From Paraspadella gotoi (Eukaryota > Animalia > Chaetognatha): a DNA stretch of 64,000 nucleotides. The position numbers were made by a program, and so were the translations under genes. This document shows positions 54,964 through 64,000 of the stretch, one piece after another. A model generated the notes under the pieces. It was not told where the DNA came from. It searched no databases and worked only from the letters and a program-made list of their open reading frames with translations. The stretch's first letter is position 1. Each line of letters begins with the position of its first letter. The stretch spans positions 21,829,875 to 21,893,874 of the forward strand of contig CM119266.1 in the NCBI GenBank assembly GCA_051294375.1. The letters run 5' to 3'.

Positions 54964-57711
54964 ATGTCCTTATCGAACTTTCTCGGCGGCTCTCATCCGC
55001 TTCCCCCGGAAAAGACGGCTGAGTTGAAGCAGATCATTCATGATCACTTGCGAAAGATCGACTTGCAGGCGACGCTGAGGGAGACGTTGGAAGAGACGTT
55101 GTTGGCGGAAGGCGTCGGCGAAGATGGAAGGCAGAATGGAGACCCGGAAATCATCGACGAGAATCGACTCATGGCCGCGATTCGCGAAAAAGGAATCATG
55201 GACAAGATCATGCGCGACCTGGGCTTCGACTCGTACGTCGATCCCCCCGTCCCTCCGTTGGCTACCGACATTGCTCCGCCCCTGCCTCCGAATCCCCCGA
55301 CGCGCGTCTTTGACGCCGAGGAGCCCTCGTCTCTCCTTCCACGCAAGACTCGCGTCGATCCCGCCAAGCGCCATCTTTTCTTGCAATTTCTCGGTGGTCG
55401 CGCCTTCATAGATTACATCTCTCTGATGTCTTCCGACACGTCGGCGCCCAATTATCCGGGCGCGTCCAATAATTCTTCTACGTTGACCTTGCACGCTCAT
55501 TATCGTGGCCAGCGCTTCCGCTCTCGTCCGGCGATATGCGCGTGCGAACCGGACCTCAAGGAGGGTTTCCTGTTGGAGTTACACAACGAGGCTCTCGGAG
55601 CGGCAGCACGAATGGCGACGCCCCCCACGTTGATGGCGATGGCGGAACCGATTCATTTAGTACTGATCAAAACGACGCCGTCGGGCGATCGCTCATTGGT
55701 TGCCTCTCACCGTCTCGAGTGGCGGACGGCGTTGTCCGCGCCCAATTCGCGCAAGAACATCGCAATCGAGCTGATGGGCGTCGGGTCGGAGAGCAAGGTG
55801 CCCGTCGGAGTCTTGGAAGCTAAGCTGGAGATCATTCCCGCCGTCGAAGGTTTTCCATCAATGTTATTTGGAAATATTTAATTTTTATAATATAATTTTT
55901 AATATAATTTTTATTGATAGAAATCGTACGTAATAATTAATAAAGTTTTATTTATTGTTTACCTACTTAGAGTTGAATGAAGACGTCGTGATCGCGCAAT
56001 TGGCATCGGAGAAAGCGAAAACCACCGAGAAAGAGCGCCTCTTTCTCAGTTATGCCAAACAGTGGTGGAGGGAATTTTTGAATATAAGGCCGGAACATTC
56101 CCAAAGATTAGTCAAGGTTTTATTGATTGTACACAGACGAAATAGGTTTATTTCCATTCCACGTTTGGCGAAAGTTAATGTCCAACAAACGCCATTTATC
56201 GTTTTCCACACGAGGTTATGCCAATCTTTATAACTGGCTTTTCATTATTTTTTCGACAGATTTTCGCCCAGGACGAGACAGGTGCAAATCGTCCGGTTTG
56301 TTCCTACGTAAAGCCTCTTCGATGCGGCCGCCTCCTCGATTCTCCGCGGCACGCGGCCAGATTTGTGAGTCTTTTGAGTTACGAAAAGATTCAACCTTTC
56401 GGTGGATCTTTCGTTGAGCAGGTGCGGTCTTATTTATTTGCATTTTTTTAAATTTCGTTTTAGATTTTTAATAATTTTTTTCATGAATAACGTTCGATAT
56501 TTTATTTTATTTTCTCTCCGCAAATATAACTTTTTTTTAAAAAGTCAGGATTCTTTGGTCTTTTAAATTTCCTATTTTATCACTTAGTGGTACACCACTT
56601 TCGCTCTTTTAACTCGCGCCCGGGGCGATGTGGAGCCTCACGCGTGTCTTCTCTGCTCTCTTCTTCTTGGTTTCGGTCTCGACGCTTACGTCGTCATGGG
56701 AACTCGCGTTCGTGAGACGCGTCCCCACGCTTGGGTATTGACTCGTTCCGGCTCTGAGGCCACCTTTTGGGAGAGCCTGACTGGACAAACCTCTGTCCAT
56801 TCGCCGGCTACGCTGGGCGACTTGGCGTCGATGGAGACGTCGGCAAAACTTTCAACGACCCACCGTTACGCAACCGTCGGTTGTGTTTTCAACCACGAGA
56901 CTTTCTACGCAAACATTCAGCCTCTGAGCGAAGTCGGAGTTTGCCGTTTTGACTTTGCGGTGAGTTTAAAGTCCGCTTAAAAATTGCATAAGAATTAATG
57001 AATTGAAAAATAATTTGCTTTTCAGGACGAAAGTAGATGGAAAATGCTTTCACCTGGCGCCATCGCCTCCGTTTGTGCCTTATCGCCGGAAACTGCGACT
57101 CCTCCATGTATGGAAAGGATTCCACCGCTTACTGCGCCAAATTTGGACCCAACCATTCTGGCTAACGATTTGGAGATTCAGTTGCGAAGTCTAATCGCCG
57201 GTGTGGATCTCGTCTTTTGACAATTACTAAATATTTTTTTAAAAAGTTTTTCATTAACAGAGCACAGACAAAACCTTGGTCTGTTAACGGCCTGGGACGA
57301 CAGATTGGCCTACATGCTTCATCCTGCCTTAGCTGCCTACGAGCTCGATAAAATTATGGGGCCGGGCGCTTCCGCCAAAGTCAACGAAGATTTTCAACAA
57401 GCCATTCGGAATTCCATCCCAGAGGGTCACACGTTCAAGGGTACAACAACAACGATTTAGCCTTGTGAAAAATCGACCTGGTCGATTCATTCCAAATTTC
57501 TGTTTTTTTTTCAGGGTTTCCTCTGTTGGTTCTCCATCGAAACGCGGGTCGCATTATGTCGACTTCGCTTCGATCCTCCGACTTCGACGACGTCGTCTCG
57601 TGTCGCGGCGATCACGTCGCACTCGCCGTTAGAGTCCACGTCACCCTTCATCCTGAGAACGTTCTTTCGGCCTGGATCATGTTCGCCTGCCGATACAAAC
57701 TTTTGTTATGA
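54964..57711 (+). CDS. CEP76: Centrosomal protein CEP76, multi-exon
   Basis: LPPEKTAELKQIIH, QRFRSRP..CACEP, YAKQWWREFL.IRP.H, GRLLDSPRHAARFVSL, HACLLCSLLLGFGLDAYV and C-terminal WIMFACRY. Confidence 0.92.
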
Positions 57712-57883
57712 AAAATATCAGATTTAAATTTACTTTTATCTCTTCTCTCCTTTGTTAATTTTCAAATCCGTCCTTTATAATCGCTCCTTTTTACCGAGCG
57801 ATAAAATTGAATTTATGAAATTGTTTTAACAAAAAATATCACTCCAGTACAAAGCAATAAACAATGACGTTTTTGTCCTGAGA

Positions 57884-58856
57884 ATGGTGGATTTCCAACC
57901 TCCGCCGGGCGGCGTTCCCACCACCGTCACCGCCACGGTCCACCAAGACGAGGACGAAGAACCTGTGACGGCGACGGTGGCTTTCCATTCGCCGTCGATG
58001 TCTCCGTCGTCGCGCGTCCATCATCGACGCGACGTCCCCGACGTTCAAGAACTGCCCATGTCTCCTGCTGCTGGCGGCAGGTGCGTTTTGGCTTTTGATT
58101 TCTACTCCATAAACAACAGGGTTGTGGTTTTTGTTTTGACCGTCGCTTTTAAAAATTGAAATAAATTGCATGTCGGAGACGCACAAGAAAATTATGTCCC
58201 ATCACAATCTTTCGCTTTTTCACAACCTCGATCTTCTTTTTTATTATTCACTTTATCGCTGCCCCGCCCACTGGTCGTCGGCCGCAAAGGAGCGGACCCG
58301 TTTCCTCTCTATATCAGTCCCACCATCACTTTTCTCCCTTTCATCACTCGACCCCTTTGCTCCGAGCCGGAGATGTTTACTCCGATAGAAGGGGTTCTCT
58401 GCCAGGGGGCGAGGTTTATCCCATGAGGTAGTCGATACTATTTTTACGCATGAAATATAAAAAAGTTAGTTTGAAAGTTTAATGTAGTGTATATTGTCAC
58501 GGTGGTATAACACTTGGTAAGTGTTGTATTTTTTGTATTTTATTTCTTCATCGCTTCAACCGGTTTTAATTTCGTAGGGTGCAGTAGAAAGTTTTGTTTT
58601 CGATTGACGTCTTTTCGGTTTACCTTTGATCGCCTTACCGAATTTTTTCAAATGAAAGAATAATTTTTTTTTACATGATCAGTGTAATATAATTTTTTTT
58701 TCATTTTACTTTTATTTCTTATTATTTTAGTTTTTCTTTGATTTTTCTAATTTTTTCAAATTAACAAAAATATTACTTTTTGATTAATACTATTAATACA
58801 ACATTACTCAATTAACTAATTATTACTGTATTTATAATTGTATTTGTAAGTATTTT

Positions 58857-58893
<37 letters not shown>

Positions 58894-61800
58894 GGTCCAA
58901 CGAGTTTTCGCTCTGCTGACAGTTATCCTGTTATTTGATCGAAAACTCCTATTCGCGTTTTTCAGATCGATGACACAACGTACTCTGCCCACTTTGCGAA
59001 ACGTCGTGGGCGGAACCTCTTGCCGCAGCGAAAGGTCGTCTCCCTCTCACGCTCACTACTCTCCTCAGCACCAGGCTTCGCCGTCGTCGTCGGTCAAAAC
59101 TTCCTCTTATCATCAACACCACCCTACCGCCCACCATCACCACCACCACCATCACAGTCCACGTCAACTCCCGTCCATCCCGGCGGGTTCTCACTCGGCC
59201 ACCGTCGATCCGCCCGGCGCGGAGAGGCTCTGCTCAACGACCCACCCCGCCGACTCTCCGAGACAACTTAGGAACATTCCAGCTTTTGCCGGTAATTATG
59301 GCGAGCTAAAAAAAAATATTGCGTATGATTTTTCCATAATAAAATAAAGAAATACTCGAAAGCCCCTTTTCGTCGTTGTTATGAAGATTATTAAAGATGA
59401 TAACGAATTAAGAAAACAACTACGTAATATTCAACAATTTAAAAACTTAACGAGAAAGTAACTGCAACGAAATTTAAATCTCACCAGATTCGCCGATGGA
59501 AGGGTCGACGTCGTCTCTACCCGAATCCTCTTTGCTCGCGGTTCCCTCGTCGTCGAGCAACCAGGGCGGAGCCGCTCCGTCGCCCTCGTCCTCTTCTTCT
59601 TCGTCCTCGCATCAGGCGGCGCCAGGTGCGGCGCCTTCTCATCGCGCCCATCGTTCATCGCGTCATCGGCGACACGGATCGCCACCGATCCCGGCCCACG
59701 TGCCCTTGGACGAGTCCTACCCTTTGCACGACGCCGTCTTTCACGGGGACGTGAGAAGAGTGGCGCACTTGCTGCGCACCAACCAAGTTCCTGTCGGATC
59801 AAAGGTAGTCTATTCAAAAAAAAAGTTAAAATGATTCTATTTTTATTTTTAAAATTTTTGTGTATTCGATCCGTTTGATTTCATTCAATTCGCGCGTGTG
59901 ATTCTAGGACATTCACGGAAATACGGCTCTTCACATTGCTGTCTCGATGGGACGCAAAGATTGCATTCATCTGCTGTTGGCACACAACAGTCCCATCAAA
60001 TTGAAAAATACCCAAGGTATTTATTTGTTTTAAATTTAAAATCTAACCATTCTCTCTCTTTCTGCCCCTTTCATATCATATTTTTTATTTAATCCAGGAT
60101 GGAGTTCACTCTCCGAAGCCGTTTCCTACGGAGACCGTCAGACGATTCTCTGTCTCTTACGAAAGCTCAAGAATCAGTCGCGCGACTCGTTGGAGGCGCG
60201 GAGACCTGACCTCATTCAAGCGCTCAACGATATGGGCGACTTCTATATGGAGCTCAAGTGGGACTTTCAGAGTTGGGTCCCTTTCCTCTCGCGGATTTTA
60301 CCGTCGGACGTGTGCAAGATTCACAAGCGCGGATCCTCGATGAGGTGGGGCTTTTGTAACCTACCTGGAATGTGTCTATATGTTAAACCCTATCAGTTTT
60401 TATTAGATATTTTAAAGGAAAATTATTCCTTCTTTTATCCGCAGGTTGGACACCACGCTGGTCGACTTTTCGGACATGCGCTGGGAGCGCGGCGACCTCA
60501 CCTTTCTCTTTAACGGTCGGGCGAAACCGACCAATTCTCTCGTTGTGATGGACAACCAGCTCAAAGTTTATCAGATGGTAAACCCTAAAATGGGAGTGTG
60601 CGACCTCTAACTGAAACCGGAAATCGACTTCTTATCGTTTCCCAGGTCCGATACGAAGAGACAGAAGCCGAGTTGGAGGACGAAGTCGACATTTTAATGT
60701 CGTCGGACATCGTTGCTGTGCAAATGTCCACCAAAGCCATTACCCTTGAGCGGGCTCAATCGGGTTGGCTGTTCAGAAAAGACCGGGCTGAATCCATCGG
60801 ACCATTCCAGGTAATTCTTTGTTAAAAATTTATTATCAACTTTCTCGTTTTTTTTTAATTTGTTAAAATCGCCTATTGTTTACTTCAATCACAGGCGGAA
60901 GTTTACTCCGTCCACGGCATGGTGGTTGACTCTAAAAAACGGCGAGAACACCTCACCGATGAAGATCTGCAAAAGAACAAAGCCATGTTCGAGTCTTTTT
61001 CCAAGGGGCGCGATATGACCGACAATTTCGATGGGCAGCCCCCGCGCAGACCAAATCTCGAAAAACCTCCCCCTACGAAAGTCACGTGGGAGGAATACAT
61101 CAACGCTCCAACAGGTATATGCTGATTCAGTTCGCGAGACGACTAATGACGAATATCTATCCCAACAGACAATTCACAAGTTAATCTGCTACATTTAATC
61201 CTACAAATCTTCTAGGAAAACCGCCGTATCTTGGACGTCCCATTGTTTGCAAGAATCAAAACAAATCCTTCAAAGCCTACCTGGCCATCTCCCAAGACTT
61301 TCCCATCGACTTTACCCGTTTGCTGGACGTCCTCGAAGTCGTCGCGCCCTTTAAACACTTCAACAAATTGAGAGAATTCGTAGAGATGAAATTACCACCG
61401 GGCTTTCCCGTTCAAATCGAAGTTCCAATTTTCCCCACAATCGTCGCAAAGGTTACCTTTCAGGTAAAGCCTGCCTATGTAGGAACAAGAACGGTAATTC
61501 CAATGTGTTGCGCCGCAGTGACTTTATTTTCACGTCTATTTCCTTTTGGTGACATGATATGACATGACTAAAAAACTTATTTGCCCGTGCCCATGTATTG
61601 CATCAAAATTCTGTCTTTTATTCTTTAGTTTTAGGAATCCCTGAAGGCGGCGATCTCAGTCTCTTTGATTTGAGGTTTTTTGTTTTAAAAAACGAGCAAC
61701 CAACTATAGGCCAATTACAGTCATTTTTAACGTAAGTGGGACAGACGGACCGAGCGAAAAGTGACTTAGAGTTGCTCCGCGAGTACTCGCGGCGCAACTA

Positions 61801-62419
61801 AAAATTGTGAAAAATTAACGGAACTACAAATTTGGTCCTGGACCAAGTTTTTTTTAGACAGGACATATTACCGCCTTTTATTTGCAAGCTTCAGAACTTC
61901 GGATCTGAATGTCGTCCGCCACTACTGATGGGTTAGACGTCCCGTCACGCTTACTAGGATTGGCGCGAATGCGAAGAGAGAATACTCAATATTGCGCCAA
62001 AAGGGTTGAACTGATGCAGTCATGCGGGTTGCGATAGTGAATGTTTCGCTACAGAAGTCTTCTCGTGTTAAAATAAACATTTTTTTGGAGTAAAACAAAT
62101 CTGCGATATGAGACTACCGTTTACTCTGATGACTTTTTATTTTTCTATAAGAATAAGATTTAAGAAATACTTAAACAAAAAACAACAATATGCAAATAAG
62201 GTTTATACATTTAATCTCATCGGAAATAATTTGCTTATTTTGTACGTACGTACGTACGTGGATTAATGGATCATGCGATGTAATTTTTAACAGAAACATT
62301 TTTTAAACTCTTTACAGGAATTCAAAGTGATGCCCGCCGAAGAAAGCGACGTCACCGCGGCCCTGTTCGAGATTCCTTCCGATTACAAGGAAGACCCGAA
62401 TAGATTTCCCGACTTATGA
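57884..62419 (+). CDS. ANKRD13C: Ankyrin repeat domain-containing protein 13C-like, multi-exon, with long His/Ser-rich N-terminal extension
   Basis: YPLHDAVFHGD, HGNTALHIAV, GDFYMELKWDFQSWVPFLSRILPSD and KLPPGFPV. The last exon (62318-62419) ends FEIPSDYKEDPNRFPDL*. Upstream exons 57884-58080, 58289-58427 and 58966-59291 splice in frame, but the start is less certain. Confidence 0.88.
58859..58891 (+). repeat. Poly(A) tract (~33 nt) in an ANKRD13C intron
   Basis: Uninterrupted A run, directly visible. Confidence 0.9.
61484..61804 (+). mobile_element. Probable non-autonomous Helitron/Helentron-type (HINE-like) insertion in the last ANKRD13C intron
   Basis: A 10-nt inverted repeat (gttgcgccgc 61507-61516 / gcggcgcaac 61789-61798), a ggacagacggac tract, and a terminal hairpin with the perfect palindrome ccgcgagtactcgcgg (61777-61792) followed by ctaaaaa. 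The 5' boundary is a guess. Confidence 0.5.
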
Positions 62420-63713
62420 CCGGCCCTCGAGCTGCCAGAGAATTCGGTATTTTCGACGAGTACGAGTGAAATTTTTTAATTGAAGATACGTAATTTGAAA
62501 TTTTTCTTCATTTAGAACTGTACGACAATGGCCAAAACCCGTTAAACATTTCGTCATCCCCAATGGGGAGGACGCAATCGCAAATGTCGACGTATAATAT
62601 CGGAAAAACAAAATTGTTTGGCTTCAGACAGTGTTAGAAAGTATACCCGTTGGGACTTTTACATGCTTTTGGCAAAATGCGTGCTTTGTTTTTGTGTGAG
62701 GTTTTGTGCGTGTGTCAGATTTAACAGCGTAGATATAAACTTTACCAGCGAGTTGAGAATGATCCGGGGTGAGTTCTTCGAATGGCTCTTGTTAAAGTTG
62801 CATGTGTTATTTGTATCGTGCTTCTCCTCGTTCCAAATCTAGTCCCCAGTGAATTTATTCAATCCTTCTTCCCACAGTATTTTCCCCATGGGAAACTCCC
62901 CCCTCCCCGAGTGCACAAGCTCGTGAAAAGTTATTCATTACACTCATGTACGCGAGATAAAATTCAAAGGATTAATTAAAAAAACAAACAAAAAACACCA
63001 CTACGTTAATCCGGAATATACATTTATTTTATAGATTCGATGCAATTTTACGTCTTTCCTGGGATGTTACCGTCGATAAAATTTTTGAGGATTTGTAATT
63101 TATGAAAGTTGGAAAGAGTGCGCCTGTTTTTTTAATAAAGTACGTACTATAAATTTCCACGTGAGTACGAACAAAGGAACTCCATATGAGCATCAATTCT
63201 CTAACAATGTGAGAAACGTTTTCACTTTTGAAAAAGGGCGTTTTTTCTGGCTTAATTTTTTTCACTTATTCCTTAAATGGATGTCTTGACTGACAAATTC
63301 ATTTTAATTTGGTTTATAGTCCATATAATTTTGCACTTTAAGCATGATGTGTAGCATCCCACTAAGACATCTCATTAAAATCGCATGGTAATTTTATTCA
63401 CAGTACCTATGACCTCTAAAGAATTATCAAAAATTCACTGTTCCGTTCAGAAAGAAGAACAATGCGTTGGCATTGTTTACGGTTTTATTGATATTATATT
63501 TGAATTTCTATTAACTACTTCTCTTTTTTTCGCTTCAGTTCATTCAATTAGCTTATATTTAAAGATTTTCATCTGTACAAAGTCAGCCAGAAAGCAAAGG
63601 AAAAAAATAAGTCCGTTGCAGTAATTTCGTATACATTGTATTCGTAAAATGAAAAGATACTGGTACAGGGTTTTTGTTTCTCAATGTTTCATCGACGTTT
63701 CCTATAAATCCTC

Positions 63714-64000
63714 TTAATCTTCACTGCTCCCACCCCCGCCGTCATTGACGTCGGTCGACGTCTCCCTCGCTCCCGCCAATTGGCGCATCTCTTCTCGCAT
63801 CTTTTTGTTCTCTTTCTCCAGCGCCTCGACCTTCTCTCGAAGGCGCGTCATCTCGTCTGAGAATCAAAAATTTGGAAAGTCAGTTTATTATCAACTAATC
63901 TTTAATTACTTCTTTTGGGGTCCTTACCGTTATTGATTTGGCTGCAACACTTGGATGGAGAGTGCGGAGGGTTGTATTCAAAGGTGGGACCGACGTTGGC
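63714..64000 (-). CDS. 3' end of an unidentified minus-strand gene (intron 63857-63927), convergent on the + strand array
   Basis: Spliced translation is ...ANVGPTFEYNPPHSPSKCCSQINN|DEMTRLREKVEALEKENKKMREEMRQLAG...SSED*. Canonical GTAAG/TCAG sites, exon-like GC content and a short coiled coil support it. Confidence 0.6.

Noticed and set aside
58859-58891. Poly(A) run as a retroposon tail
   Set aside because: No recognisable element body or target-site duplication upstream; treated as a simple repeat.
61900-61985. Ribozyme-like words (ctgatgg, acgtcccgtc, gcgaat)
   Set aside because: The hammerhead core is mismatched and the HDV P3/P1 helices do not close.
62420-63713. Short ORFs between ANKRD13C and the convergent gene
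   Set aside because: AT-rich, no motifs, mostly non-ATG starts; better explained as convergent 3'UTRs.
1-64000. Prokaryotic or viral operon, CRISPR array or defence system
   Set aside because: The genes are metazoan-type with spliceosomal introns, and I see no repeat-spacer array or prokaryotic gene families.

Overview
This is compact animal (metazoan) nuclear DNA with GC-richer exons and short AT-rich spliceosomal introns. By hand splicing I find 22 consecutive protein-coding genes from 1 to 62419, all on the + strand: BRD7/9, PDI, glypican, CEP131, SLC35F, an SP-RING protein, NUDT1, DUSP12, SMPD4, NIT2, TAF1, a PH-SH2 adaptor, REPS, SNW1, SDE2, MMS19, POT1, a serpin, SMC6, RRNAD1, CEP76 and ANKRD13C. 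Stop-to-start gaps are mostly 100-400 nt. Many gaps hold a poly(A)-type hexamer followed by an unpaired 3' splice acceptor just before the next ATG, which suggests a very large spliced-leader (SL) trans-spliced polycistronic unit. The first minus-strand gene appears only at the far right end, converging on the array. A ~235-nt highly structured element with compensatory changes occurs twice, in opposite orientation, inside the SNW1 and POT1 introns; I cannot assign it to a known RNA family. Gene names come from recalled motifs, not database searches, and exon boundaries are hand-derived.
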